Origin: Octopus vulgaris
Taxonomy: Eukaryota
DNA: 64,000 nt
Direction: 5' to 3'
Assembly: GCA_951406725.2 (NCBI GenBank)
Contig: OX597815.1
Location: 34,162,001 to 34,226,000 of the forward strand
Numbering within the stretch: position 1 is the first letter of the stretch; the number at the start of each line of letters is the position of its first letter. Position numbers and translations under genes: made by a program. Positions 1 through 14,779 of this stretch are shown here, in pieces. The notes below the pieces were generated by a model, which searched no databases, had not been told where the DNA came from, and saw only the letters and a program-made list of their open reading frames with translations.

Positions 1-45
1 AAAGGTGAGACAAGCAATAATAAATTTCTGAGCCAGATGCAAACA

Positions 46-116
<71 letters not shown>

Positions 117-496
117 TACTCTTTTTTTACTGGTTTCAGTCATTTGACTGTGGCCATGCTGGAGCACCGCCTTTAGTCGAGCAAATCGACCTCAGGACTT
201 ATTCTTTGTAAGGCTAGTACTTATTCTATCGGTATCTTTTGCCGAACCGCTAAGTTACGGGGACGTAAACACAACAGCATCAGTTGTCAAGCGATGTTGA
301 GGGGACAAACACAGACACACAAACATACACACACATACATATACATATATATACATATATACGACGGGCTTCTTTCAGTTTCCGTCTACCAGATCCACTC
401 ACAAGGCTTTAGTCTGCCCGAGGCTATAGTAGAAGGCACTTGCCCAAGGTACCACGCAGTGGGACTGAACTTGGAACCATGTGGTTGGTGAGCAAG
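117..496 (-). mobile_element. tRNA-derived SINE, family A (CORE-like), 5'-truncated copy
   Basis: Reverse complement of the copy at 1637-2048; same body with internal (TA/TG)n tract. Confidence 0.85.
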
Positions 497-526
497 AGCG
501 GGATGTAAACAGTAGCAGCACAACAT

Positions 527-768
527 CCACCTAAATGTGGCTGTCCCATATGGGACGACGCTACTGTTGTCACACGCTGATGAGGAGTTGGTACCAGAAA
601 CCCGGATCCGTGTGTATTACGTAAATCTAGAGATGAGAACGATGATTTCCCTTTGCAAATACTGATCGGGCACAGACAGTGTGTCGTTAACCAGCTGGAG
701 GAGATGCCTTCCTGGGGCTATAAACAACAGCAGCGTCGTCCCATATGGGTCAGCCATATTTAGGTGGC
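527..768 (+). mobile_element. Short fold-back cassette (~43 bp inverted repeats) enclosing a hammerhead-like motif; probable non-autonomous PLE derivative
   Basis: ccacctaaatgtggctgtcccatatgggacgacgctactgttgt (527-570) is the reverse complement of 724-768 with about 3 mismatches. Confidence 0.6.
571..614 (+). ncRNA. Minimal type-I hammerhead ribozyme-like motif (slightly degenerate)
   Basis: cacacg-CTGATGA-ggagttggtacca-GAAA-cccgga-TC-cgtgtg; 6 bp stem I (cacacg/cgtgtg), weak stems II and III. Confidence 0.55.
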
Positions 769-810
769 AAATATACATATATATATATGTCTGTGTGTGT
801 GCGTGCATGC

Positions 811-843
<33 letters not shown>

Positions 844-1162
844 CGTGTGTGCGCGTCCACCACTACTTCTTGACAATTAGTGTGGTGTGTTTAGGTCCCT
901 GTGGCTTAACAGTTCGGCAAAATAGAATGATAGAACAGGTGCCAGGTTTAAATAAGGAAAAAGTACTGGGGTCGACTAAAAATTCCGTGCCCCAGCATGG
1001 CCTCAGTCTAATGACTGAAAACAATTAAAAGATAAATATATATATATGTATATATGTTATCATACATAAACATTTATTGCGTCCCTCAAAACACATCCGA
1101 CGAACGCGCAGCCATACAGAAAAAAATACTCACATACGTACAACCATTAACTCACTCTCAGT

Positions 1163-1179
1163 ATCTATCTATCTATCTA

Positions 1180-1248
<69 letters not shown>

Positions 1249-1440
1249 GTCTGTCTGTCTGTCTGTCTGTCTGCCTGCCTGCCTGCCTGCCTGCCTGTCT
1301 GTCTGTCTGTCTGCCTGCCTGTCTGCCTGCCTGCCTGTCTGTCTGTCTGTCTGCCTGCCTGTCTGTCTGTCTCTCTGTCTGCCTGTCTGCCTGCCTGTCT
1401 GTCTGTCTGTCTCACTGTCTGTCAGTCTGTCTGACTGTCT
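1163..1440. repeat. Compound tetranucleotide microsatellite (TATC)n(TGTC)n(TGCC)n
   Basis: Directly visible. Confidence 0.95.
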
Positions 1441-1546
1441 GTTTCTCTTTCTCTCCACTCACACACAGACATATACATATACACACACAGACACAGACAC
1501 ATATATATATACATATATGTATGTATATATGTGTATATATATACAT

Positions 1547-1613
<67 letters not shown>

Positions 1614-1636
1614 CTTATACATATATACCCTTATAC

Positions 1637-1796
1637 AGCGGGAGTGGCTGTGTGGTAAGTAGCTTGCTAATCAACCACATGGTTCCGGGTTCAGTCCCAC
1701 TGCGTGGCATCTTGGGCAAGTGCCTTCTGCTATAGCCTCGGGCCGACCAATGCCTTGTGAGTGGATTTGGTAGACGGAAACTGAAAGAAGCCTGTC

Positions 1797-1844
<48 letters not shown>

Positions 1845-2048
1845 GTGTGTCTGTGTTTGTCCCCCTAGCATTGCTTGACAACCGATGACTGATGTGTTTA
1901 CGTCCCCGTCACCTAGCGGTTCGGCAAAAAGAGACCGATAGAATAAGTACGGGGCTTACAAAGAATAAGTCCCGGAGTCGATTTGTTCGACTAAAGGCGG
2001 TGCTCCAGCATGGCCGCAGTCAAATGACTGAAACAAGTAAAAGAGTAA
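1637..2048 (+). mobile_element. tRNA-derived SINE, family A, near full length
   Basis: A-box-like tggctgtgtggt, B-box-like ggttcagtccc, CORE-like cttgggcaagtg, internal (TA)(TG) tract, tail ...gaaacaagtaaaagagtaaaa; many copies in window. Confidence 0.88.
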
Positions 2049-2192
2049 AAAAAAGAGAAAGAGTATGTATATGCACACACACAGTATATATATTAAATAA
2101 AGTTGCATGTCACAATCGATTCCTGCTGGCACATCCAAGCAATAACAATACGTCATGAGTGATTACCAATGTTATTCAACAGTCGCTTTCTT

Positions 2193-2238
<46 letters not shown>

Positions 2239-2483
2239 ACACACACACACACTTTTCTTTCACTTTCTCTCTCTCTCTCCCTCTCTTTCTTACTCACTCA
2301 CTCGAAGTTTATCTCTTTTTCTTTCGCATGCATCTCATACTATCCCTTCTCTCTCTCTCTCTCTCTTCATCATCTGCCACTATGCCCCCTACCATCGTCC
2401 ATATATCCTCTACAGCTAATTTACTATCTTTGGTCAATAGGCTTGACTCAGTGTTTGTTGAATGCATCGATGACAATAAACTG

Positions 2484-2713
2484 CATCGTCATCATCACCC
2501 CCGCCGCCGTTGTCGTCGTCAGCAGCAGCATCATCATCATCATTAATGCTGTCATCATCTCATTATTCATCGTCGTCGTCGTCATTGTCATCATCTTCGT
2601 CATCATCAATGTCGTCATTATCAATGTTGTCACCATCATCATCATCGTCATCGTCATCACCATCATCATCATCACCGTCGTCATCATCATCATCATCATC
2701 ATCATCACCGTCG

Positions 2714-2776
<63 letters not shown>

Positions 2777-2808
2777 CCACCGTCATCATCATCATCATCG
2801 TCATCATC

Positions 2809-2840
<32 letters not shown>

Positions 2841-3176
2841 CGTCATCGTCATCATCATCATCAACGTCATCATCATCGTCATCGTCATTATCAATGTCGA
2901 CATTATATCATCGTCTTCATCAACGTCATCAACGTCATCATCACCATCATGATCATCGTCATCCTTATCATCATCTTCGTCATCGTCGACGTCGTCGTCG
3001 TTTTCCTCCTCCTCTTCCTCCTCCGCCTCCTCCTTCCCTCCTTCTCTTCCTCCTCCTCATCATCATTACCATCATCGTCATCAACGTCGTAGTCTTTCTT
3101 CTCGTCGTCGCCGCTGTTATCAACCATCATCACTGACAACTTCACCCTCACCCTCACCAACTTCATTACCTTCATT

Positions 3177-3215
<39 letters not shown>

Positions 3216-3630
3216 GACGTCATCGTCACTGACATAGTTATCTTCATCAACCAACACTACTACCCTGACACCTCCATCACCATTAACACTGCCATTATCC
3301 TCCTCTGCCTCCTCTTCCTCCGCCTCCTCTGCCTCCTCCTCTGCATCATCATCACCACCATTATCATCGTCATCGTCATCATCATCATCATCATCATCAT
3401 CATCGTCATCGTCATCATCATCATCATCTTCATCAACATCATCATCATCATCCTCATCGACGTCATCGTCACTGACATAGTTATCTTCATCAGTCAACAC
3501 TACTACCCTAATACCTCCATCACCATTAACACTGCCATTATTCTCCTCCTCCTCCGCATCATCATCACCACCATCATCATCATCATCATCATCATCATTA
3601 TCATTATTGTCATTATTATCATTATCTTCA
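2484..3630. repeat. Long compound (ATC)n/(CTC)n trinucleotide region with an internal ~250 bp tandem duplication
   Basis: catcgacgtcatcgtcactgacatagttatcttcatca occurs at ~3212 and ~3456. Confidence 0.9.
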
Positions 3631-3930
3631 TCATTCTTCTCCTCTCCCAGGTAGAGCAGTTATATAAACAGCAATCCTAAATACAGATGTCGTAAATAAT
3701 GATTTCAGTTCTATATAATAATAAAGGGTACGACTATCAATTACACCAACAACAACGACAACAACAATAACACCTTTAAAAGAAACACTTGTAGCTTTAA
3801 GAATAACAATTTCTTGAATAACAACATCAGCAGTAGCAACAATAACAACAACAAAAATATTAAGAACATCTACAACAACAGCAACAATACAACAACAACA
3901 ACAACAAAGGCAAATATAAATATAACTGGC

Positions 3931-4212
3931 TCTCCGTCGGTTACGACGACAAGTGTTCCCGTTGATCTGATCAACAGAAGAGCCTGGTCGTGAAATCAAC
4001 GTGCAAGTGGCTGAGTACTCCACAGACACGTGCACCCTTAAGGTAGTTCTCAGGGAGATTCAGCGTGACACAGAATATGACCTTTGAAAAACAGGTGCTA
4101 CTCATTTTTGCCAGCTGAGTGAAATAAAGTGTCTTGCTCAATCACCGCCGGGAATCGAACTCACGACGTTACGATCGTGAGCCGATTGCCCTACCCATTA
4201 AGCCACGTGCTT
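3931..4212 (-). mobile_element. tRNA-derived SINE, family D (tail shared with family C1)
   Basis: B-box gagttcgattccc on the minus strand; tail gtcgtcgtaaccgacggag shared with the 17411 and 27266 copies. Confidence 0.75.
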
Positions 4213-4243
4213 AATGGTTGGCAACAACAGAGACAGCAGCAGC

Positions 4244-4575
4244 AGCGGACTCGCGATCGGAGTATCGCGGTTTCGATTCCCAGACCGGGCGTCGTGTGTG
4301 TTTATTGAGCGAAAACACTTAAAGCTCCATGAGGCTCCGGCAGGGGGTGGTGGCGACCCCTGTTGTACTCTTTCGCACCAACTTTCTCTCACTCTTTCTT
4401 CCTGTTTCTTGTCCCCGACTTCCTACGCAACCGCTGAGCCTGGATGCGCATTCATCCATCCGTCGATGCTCTCGGTGTCGGGGGTTGACCTGCTTTCTCT
4501 TCTGCGGGTCTTACGAATAGCAAAGGACCACGTTTCGGACTTCTCCCAAACACTCAACAAACAAACAAACAAACA
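4244..4575 (+). mobile_element. tRNA-derived SINE, family C with tail type 3, ending in (CAAA)n
   Basis: Head and body match family C (ggtttcgattcccagaccgggcg...ctccggcaggg); sequence diverges after ctttctctcactc. Confidence 0.75.
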
Positions 4576-4629
4576 AGCAGCAACAGTAACAACAACAACA
4601 GCCGGGAAGCAATAACATCCACAACAGTG

Positions 4630-4845
4630 ATTTCAAATTTTGGCGCTAGGACAGTTATTTCGGGGGAGGGGTTCAGTTCGATTAAATCGATTCCACTGCT
4701 CAATTGGTACTTATTTTTATTGAACCCGAAAGGACGAAAAAAGGCAATGTCAACCGCAGCAGAATTTGAACTCAGAACGTAAAGACGGGCAGAATGCGGC
4801 CGCTGAGCATTTCCCCCGGCATGCTAACGATTCTGCCAGTTCGAA
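4630..4845 (-). mobile_element. SINE family B, degraded copy
   Basis: Homologous to 12094-12329 (ggtacttat...cccgaaagg...gaatttgaactcagaacgt). Confidence 0.7.
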
Positions 4846-5069
4846 CAATGGAAACAATAACTTTCAAGAAAACGATAACAATTACAAGAATAACAACAAT
4901 AACCACAACAAAAGCAAGGAAGGCAATAACAACAGAAGTTGTATCAACAGCAATGACAAGAATATGTGGACAGCATCGGCCCTAATATAAATCTGTTCGA
5001 CCAGTACGGACTCGGCACTAAACAATGCAAAGAACAAGAGTAACAGAACATCAGTCAATAACGTTGATA

Positions 5070-5275
5070 ATCCTTTATACTATAGGCATAAGGCCCGAAA
5101 CTATATGGAACGGGGCTAGTTGATTGCATTGACCCCAGTGCTTTACTGGTACTTATGTCATCGAAACGATGAAAGGTGAAGTAGGCCACGGTGGAATTTG
5201 GGCGAAGAATGTAACGCTGGTAGAAATGCTTCTCAGCATTTTGTCCGGCATGCTAACAATTCTGCCAGCTCTCTA
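5070..5275 (-). mobile_element. SINE family B, degraded copy
   Basis: Same diagnostic body motifs. Confidence 0.65.
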
Positions 5276-5280
5276 CCTTC

Positions 5281-5423
<143 letters not shown>

Positions 5424-5431
5424 TAATAATG

Positions 5432-7207
<1,776 letters not shown>

Positions 7208-7219
7208 ATAATAATAATA

Positions 7220-7438
7220 ATCCTTTCTACTCTAGGCACAAGACCTGTAATTTTGGGTGAGGGGACTAGTCGATTATATTGACCCCAGTACTCAACTGGT
7301 ACTTATTTCATCAACCCCGAAAAGATGAAAGGCAAAGTTGACCCCGAGGGAATTTGAACTCAGAACGTAAAGACAGAAGAGACGCTTCTAAGTATTTTGT
7401 CCGACGTGCTAATTGATTCTTTCAGCTCACCCTTTTAG
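7220..7438 (-). mobile_element. SINE family B (tail type 2)
   Basis: Homologous body; tail ccttgtgcctagagtagaaagg. Confidence 0.75.
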
Positions 7439-7460
7439 TAATAACAATAATATTGATTTC

Positions 7461-7877
7461 TCTTACTCTTTTTACTCTTTTACTCTTTTACTTGTTTCAG
7501 TCATTTGACTGCGGCCATGCTGGAGCACCGCCTTTAATCGAGCAACTCGCCCCGGACTTATTCTTTTGTAAGCCCAGTACTTATTCTATCGGTCTCTTTT
7601 GCCGAACCGCTAAGTAACGGGGACATAAACACACCAGCATCGGTTGTCAAGCAATGCTAGGGGGACAAACACAGATACACAAACACACACACGCATATAC
7701 ATATATACATATATACGACGGGCTTCTTTCAGTATCCGTCTACCAAATCCACTCACAAGGCTTTGGTCGTCCCGAGGCTATAGTAGAAGACACTTGCCCA
7801 AGGTGCCACGCAGTGGGACTGAACCCGGAACAATGTGGTTGGTAAGCAAGCTACCTACCACACAGCCACTCCTGTGC
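7461..7877 (-). mobile_element. SINE family A, full length
   Basis: Reverse complement of 1637-2048; (ttttactc)n tail. Confidence 0.88.
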
Positions 7878-8561
7878 CTTATTCATTTTATTTTCTAATT
7901 AAATTTAAAAAAAAACAATAACAGCTATGCGAATCTCAATTGCATAACAACGGTATTCTTAACAACAAATAAGGACAATAACAATAATGATAATAACAGC
8001 AATAACAATTTACAACAACAATAACAACGACAAGAGACTCAGCTAGGAATCGAATAACAACTGCTTTCTTATAAACAGTAATAATCGTTTCTACTATAGG
8101 CACAAAGCCAGAAAACTGGAGTAAGGGAGTTCTTCGATTATATAGATTCCAGTGCATAAACAATAGTAATAATAAGGACATCAATAACAAAGATGATAAA
8201 ATGAACAAAAACAACAACAATAACAAGAATAAAAGAAGAACAACAATTATCAGCAGCAACAACCGCAACAACAATAAGAACAGAAACGAGCAATGATAAG
8301 AACAATTAACAACATAACAACAATTACAACAATAACAACAGCAATAGGAACAAGAATAACAAGAAGAATAACAACAATAAGAACTGCAAAAATACCAGCA
8401 ACAATAACAACAGAAACAACAACACGAAGAAGAACAACAATAATGGCAACGATAGCAAACAATAACATTACCAAACATAACAATTACAGCAAGTCAACGA
8501 TAACAACATAGGTTTCAAAAATCAATCATGAAAATAATAATCCACAAAAACAAATAAATAG

Positions 8562-9385
8562 GTGCAGGCATGGCTGTGTGGTAAGAAGCTTGCTTCCAAA
8601 CCGCATGGTTTCGGGTTCAGTCTCACTGTATGGCACTTTGGACAAGTGTCTTCTACTATGCCTATTTCTTTACTATCCACAAGGGGCTAAACACAGAGGG
8701 GGCAATCAAGGACAGACAAACGGATTAAGTCGATTACATCGACCCCAGTGCGTAACTGGTACTTATTTAATCGACCCCGAAAGGAAGAAAGGAAAAGTCG
8801 ACCTCGGCGGAATTTGAACTCAGGACGTAGCGGCAGACGAAATACCTATTTCTTCACTACCCACAAGGGGCTAAACACAGAGAGGACAAACGGATTAAGT
8901 CGATTATATCGACCCCTCTGCGTAACTGGTTGTTAGTTAATCGACCCCGAAAGGATGAAAGGCAAAGTCGACCTCGGCGGAATTTGAACTCAGAACGTAG
9001 CCGCAGACGAAATGCCGCTAAGCATTTCGCCCGGCGTGCTAACGATTCTGCCAGCTCACCGCCTTAGTGTCTTCTACTATACCCCCGGGCCGATACAACC
9101 TTGTGAGAAGATTTGGTAGACAGAAACTGAAAGAAGCCTGTCATATATATGTATATGTGTATGTGTCTCTTTGTGTCTGCGTTTGCGCCCCACCCCCATC
9201 GGATGACAACTGATGCTGGTGTATTTATGTCCCCCGTCACTTAGCGGTTTGGCAAAAAAGAACGATACAATAAGAACTAGGCTTACAAAGAATAAGTCCT
9301 GGTGTCGATTTCTTCGTTTAAAACCATGTACGGTGGTGCTCCAGCATGGCCGCAGTCAAATGACTCCAACAAGTAAAAGAATAAA
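8562..9385 (+). mobile_element. SINE family A interrupted by a family B dimer
   Basis: Family A head 8562-8660 resumes at 9066; duplication agtgtcttctactat at 8645-8659 and 9066-9080. Confidence 0.85.
8661..9066 (-). mobile_element. SINE family B head-to-tail dimer with 15 bp target-site duplication
   Basis: Two ~185 bp body/tail units, one complete tRNA head, TSD agtgtcttctactat. Confidence 0.85.
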
Positions 9386-9613
9386 ACAACACCAACGATA
9401 ATTTGAACAAATTTTGTATGTGTATTTGCTTGAAATAGGAAGTAAAATTTCCCTCATCTGGGTCTTGCCTATCGTTTGTAAGAAAGACACGTTAGACGAT
9501 GTAGTGTTACATATACAAAAAGACGGGATTGTCACAAGTGGAACGCCTTTGATCATGTATCTGCTCGATGAAGGTTGAGCCATGAATAACAGTGATAGCA
9601 ACAACAGCTAGAG

Positions 9614-10060
9614 TGGAGGCGCAATGGCCCAGTGGTTAGGGCAGCGGACTCGCGGTCGTAAGAACGCGGTTTCGATTCCCAAACTGGGCACTGTGAGTGT
9701 TTATTGAGCAAGAAACACCTAAACTCCACGAGGCTCCAGCGGGAGTGGGGAGGGTGAACCCCGCTGTACTCCTTCACCACAACTTTCTCTCACTCTTTCT
9801 TCTTACTTCTGCCACAAAGCAGAGGAACCATGGTGTAACCTACTATGGTGTGGTACAACTTTCAGACCCTAGTCTAGATTGCGAATCCTCTGTACCCCAG
9901 GATGGTTCAGCTCTCCACCCGTTAAAAGCCACTGTTTACGGAATAACAATATAGTTTTCGCGCCCGTGCAACCGCCAGTCTATCGCATGTGGTCGGTGGA
10001 TCTTTAAGTTGCTCCACGTATTCTTAGTAGCTTAGATTAGGCTAGGCTTGAATTAGAGAT
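9614..10060 (+). mobile_element. SINE family C with tail type 4
   Basis: ggaggcgcaatggcccagtggttagggcagcggactcgcgg head; unique 3' region ending in (tagg/tagc)-like repeats. Confidence 0.7.
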
Positions 10061-10095
10061 TATTCTTTGTGGCTAATGACGTGAGTCCTGATTGG

Positions 10096-10683
10096 AAGAA
10101 GAAGAAGAAGAAGAAGAAGAAGAAGAAGAAGAAGAAGAAGAAGAAGAAGAAGAAGACAGCAGCTAGAGCAACAACGATGATGATAGCAACAACTATAAGG
10201 ACGATAGCAACTACAACGTTTGCAACAGCAGCAACAACAACGGCAATATCGATAGTAACGATAACAATAGGAATTTTTTAATAAAAGTATGAATCTCCAC
10301 AACATTAGCCTTTATAACAACAACAACAACAACAACAACAACAGCAGCAGCAGCAGCAGCAGCTAAAACAGTAACAATAGCAACAATAACAATATTCGCA
10401 GCAACAATAATATTAATCTTTATAACGACTACAAGAACAACGTTCTTAATAAAACACACAACATTGAGACCAAAAGCGATCTCAACTACAACAAAAAACA
10501 TCGACAGCAACATCATGAATAACAACAACAACAGCAGCAACATCATCAACAAGAACAACAACAACATTATTCTCAATCAACAACAATATTTTTCAATAAT
10601 GACAATATTAATCTCTATAACAATTACAAGGACGGTTGTTCTCAATAACAAACACTAAGACCAAAAGCAATATCAACTAGTGT

Positions 10684-10735
<52 letters not shown>

Positions 10736-10746
10736 GCAGCAGCAGC

Positions 10747-10786
<40 letters not shown>

Positions 10787-10915
10787 TCTGTATAAACAAA
10801 AATCCCCAACGCTTAATTTCAACAGTCGTATCAAACACAACAACAACCGCAACAACCACGAGATCAAAACAGCAGCCATCTCAGTGACAACAACATCGGC
10901 TGCAAGGCTCAACAA
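10096..10915. repeat. (AAG)n and (CAA/CAG)n microsatellite-rich region
   Basis: Directly visible. Confidence 0.9.
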
Positions 10916-11180
10916 CAGATGAGGGGAAGATGGTTAGTCGATAACATCGATCTCAGCGGCTTCAATGATACTTTATTTTATCGACCCCCAGATTGATGAA
11001 CACAGAACGTAAAGAGTGGAAACAAATACTTTACAGCATTTTCCCCGACGCTCCTACGATTCTTCCAAGCTCACCCCCAACCAACCGTCACAGCCACCCT
11101 CCACTTATTACATGACTTATCGGTACCATCCTTTAAAACACCCTGATTCAGCTACAACATACCCGAGCACAATGATCCAG

Positions 11181-11855
11181 CACCATCCTATCTTCCCACG
11201 CATTTCAGGCAAATATATCGATTCTTCGTCGGTTTCGACGATGACTATCTGAGTATTCAGCTATTCGATCAACAGAATTATCTAAACATTGAATTAGTGT
11301 ATTGGTGGTTGAATATTCCGAAGACACGCATATACATGTACCCGTGTACCACCATCTTATCTTCCCACGTATTTCAGGCAAATATATCGATTCTTCGTCG
11401 GTTTCGGCGATGACTATCTGAGTATTCAGCTATTCGATCAACATAATTATCTAAACATTGAATTAGTGTATTGGTGGTTGAATATTCCGAAGACACGCAT
11501 ATACATGTACCCGTGTACCACCATCTTATCTTCCCACGTATTTCAGGCAAATATATCGATTCTTCGTCGGTTTCGACGATGACTATCTGAGTATTCAGCT
11601 ATTCGATCAACAGAATTATCTAAACATTGAATTAGTGTATTGGTGGTTGAATATTCCGAAGACACGCATACACATGTACCAGTGTACCACCATCTTATCT
11701 TCCCACGTATTTCAGGCAAATATATCGATTCTTCGTCGGTTTTAACGATGACTATCTGAGTATCCAGTTATTCGATCAACAGAATTATCTAAACATTGAA
11801 TTAGTGTGTAGGTGGCCGAATATTCCGCAGACACATGTGCATATCTACCCGTGTG
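11181..11855. repeat. Tandem array of four 169 bp units
   Basis: Unit starts (caccatc) at 11181, 11350, 11519 and 11688. Confidence 0.95.
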
Positions 11856-12093
11856 CAGAATCCATCGTTGAGCAGAATCCATCTGTCAGGCTTCCACACA
11901 GCTTCTGTCTACCCACTTTCACTCGCAAGAATTCGGTCGATCTGAGGTTATTATAAATGGTTCTTAGCTAATAGGCCAATCAGAAGTATCGAAACCGGGA
12001 CTTTGTTGTGAAACGTACTTCTTAACCACTTGGCTATGCTCACGTCCATCATTTCAGGCAAATATTAAAATATTAAAAAAAGGCATAAAAATA

Positions 12094-12329
12094 ACTATTT
12101 CTTTACTACCCACAAGGGGCTAAACACAGAGAGGACAAACAAGGACAGACAAACGGATTAAGTCGATTATATCGACCCCAGTACGTAACTGGTACTTAAT
12201 TTATCGACCCAGAAAGGTTGAAAGGCAAAGTCGACTTCGGCCGAATTTGAACTCAGAATGTAACGGCAGACGAAATACTGCTAAGCATTTCGCCCGGTGT
12301 GCTAACGTTTCTGCCAGTTCGCCGCCTTA
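12094..12329 (-). mobile_element. SINE family B monomer (tail type 1) with target-site duplication
   Basis: Flanked by duplicated aaaaggcataaaaataac (~12077-12094 and ~12330-12347). Confidence 0.88.
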
Positions 12330-12624
12330 AAAGGCATAAAAATAACAGCAATCATCAATAATCTTAAAAACCTGGGTCGATGTACTGAAAGAGAGGTGGA
12401 GGAGCGTAGAGATAAGTAAAAAGAGAAAGGTAGGAGAAGAAAGAGAGAGAGAAAGAGCGAGTGAGAGAGAGAGTGTGTATGCGCGGGCGCGCGTGCTCAT
12501 ACGTAGTCGCTCAATCTGGCAGAATTAAGTCAAATATCACTCATATAGCATCATAGTGTCGTAAAACAACACACTGGATAATGCGTACTTCGATACATGT
12601 CTGAAAATATATATAAAAATACTG

Positions 12625-12897
12625 GATTGTTGCGGTTATAATGTCGGTGATCCAGTTCCAGTGTCTGCCTCTTATTTCGTCACTGATTCTGGTTTGTGTT
12701 TGTTGTCGTCTCAATTGTGTCATTTCGTACTCTTTGCAGCCACTTGATATCGAGTATTCTCCTTAAGCATGGGAACTGGAAGCTGTCCATTGTCTTTTTC
12801 TTCCATTTTTTTTTTGGCATTTTCTAGTTTTCCCATCCATAGAATAATACTGATCGAACCAAAGTCTTGAACAGCTGCAGTTTCGTTTTGTGGCCTA
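12625..12897 (-). pseudogene. RTE-clade LINE RT C-terminal fragment, inverted segment
   Basis: Minus strand translates TKLQLFKTLVRSVLFYGWE..DSFQFPCLRRILDIKW..ISDEIRGRHWNWI. Confidence 0.75.
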
Positions 12898-12898
12898 A

Positions 12899-13138
12899 CT
12901 AATAATAAAATGCAGACACTGAAACTGGGTCGGACATATCCTTAGGCAACATCGGGAAAGTGATTGTATGGTGGCACTTAAGTGGCAACCTGAGGGGAAA
13001 AGAGAAGTAGGCTGCCCTAAAATCACATGGAGAAGGACCATTGACAAAGAAAAGAGACGAGAAGAATGGGAGAAGCTGAAGTGAGACCAGAACAGTGGCA
13101 GAAAACAGAGCTGGTTGGAGAGATCGTGTTGCGGCCTT
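12899..13138 (+). pseudogene. RTE-clade LINE 3' coding end
   Basis: Translates RH*NWVGHILR..ALKWQPEGKREVGCPKITWRR..RAGWRDRVAA. Confidence 0.8.
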
Positions 13139-14779
13139 TCCTCTGATGAAAGGTTTGTACGATCAGAACTGATCTGAGGTTACATAGCAATATCAATAAC
13201 TTTATTAAGCGAGTTGACGCTTGATCTGCTAGAAATAGGAGTCATTTTCTCCTCAATTTTCATCCTTAAATCTTCAAAACAAAGGGCGGGGGTGTGGGAA
13301 TACAGGATCTTATAGCTCGATCAGAGTTAATCTGAAAGTATCAACAACAACAACAACTGGTAATGAGTGACTTCCGGGTCAAATATATATATAACCTGCA
13401 TGTGGTTGCATATCTTGTTAGAAATAACAGCTAGATTTCTTTGAAATCCTCAAATCGCAAACTTACCTTCGTAAAAAAGGAAGAATCCAACTGGTTAATG
13501 TGTCCTATTTTTGCACTGACTGAAAGAAAAAAAAAAAAAAAAAGTTACAGTAAGACGGAATGGTCAGCTTTTGAACTTAATTGATCAGCAACAATAATAT
13601 TTGTATCAGTCTAAAGCAGCCATGGGTAAACTAAGGGCTGCGGAACTTTCCGAATTGCGTACCAACGAAATATCACCTTGAAATTTTTTTAGCAGACTCG
13701 TCTAATGATGAGTCATGTCTCATGCGGCCCACTTATCGAAAAATGTTTCTCATGCCTGCTCTAAACAATAACAATATTCTCATCTTCAACAATCATCGTC
13801 ATTGTCATCGTCGTCGTCGTCGTCATCATCATCATCATCATCATCATCAGCATCGTCGTCGTCATCGTCGTTGTCGTCATCATCATCATCATCATCGCCG
13901 TCATCAGCAGCAATAGCAGCCGTTCAAGAATTTGGACCTGGAGATCTCCATTTCCAGCGATTTCGAGGGCCACCTCCCAGTGGTGTCGGGCGTCAACGAA
14001 GAGCCCTCGACTACAACAAGACGACCAAAGTTTTTTTTTTTTTCCAAGGTCTGGGGTCTCCCGCCCCTAAGCCCTAGACCACCACCTAATCACCCTTACT
14101 CGTCTTGTTGCTTAACAACAACAACAACAACAGCAGCAGCAGCAGCAGCAACGGCAGCATTATCATCGCCTTCGTCATCGCTTTCGTCGCCTTCTTCGTC
14201 GTTATCAATTAATTTCGTTATGATCGAAATAAATTTCTCGCAGTATTTCGTCCAGATCTTTACGTTCTTAGTTCAATACCTTCCGGAGCAAATTTGCTTT
14301 TCATCCTTTCGTGGGGTCGATAAAATAATCTATGAGTTAAGTACTGGAATCGATATAATCGACTAATCCCCTACCCCTCAAAAATTGCTGGCTTTGGTCA
14401 TATTGTCGAAAAAAAATTATTAATGCATACCCTTATTTAAATAAAATTCCCTCATTTTATTGGCTTTAGAAGATGATGAGACAGAAGTCATCTTCTGTGA
14501 AATTAGAACCCAAAACCAGAAACAATGAAAACAAAAAGAAATATTGAAAAACATTCACTCAGTGCTTTATAATATCAGTTGTGCCTACATCCTTTTTTGG
14601 TAAATCAATTATACTTAGATTATTGATCTCGTAGGGAATAAACATTCAGTTGACCTCGGTAGGTTTTGATGTTAGATCTCCAAAATAACAAAAGCAGGAT
14701 ATTGTAAAATATTCAACCTGATTCTGTAAATTTTGCAGTAAATTTCCAGTTCATATCCTTGCACCAGAATACAAATTCT

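Noticed and set aside
1054-3500. Long ORFs (poly-I, poly-M, poly-S, YLSI repeats), and similar ones throughout the window
   Set aside because: Stop-free translations of microsatellites; no domain signal
9614-9690. tRNA-like sequence (also at other family C heads)
   Set aside because: Acceptor stem does not close at tRNA length and it continues into a repeated body; SINE head rather than tRNA gene
11181-11855. Regular array superficially like CRISPR
   Set aside because: Whole 169 bp units repeat with no unique spacers; eukaryotic context and no cas genes
13141-13180. CTGATGA motif
   Set aside because: No properly placed GAAA or pairing stems
13915-14090. GC-richer open frames (DLEISISSDFEGHLPVV..)
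   Set aside because: No recognisable homology, start or splice context; flanked by trinucleotide repeats
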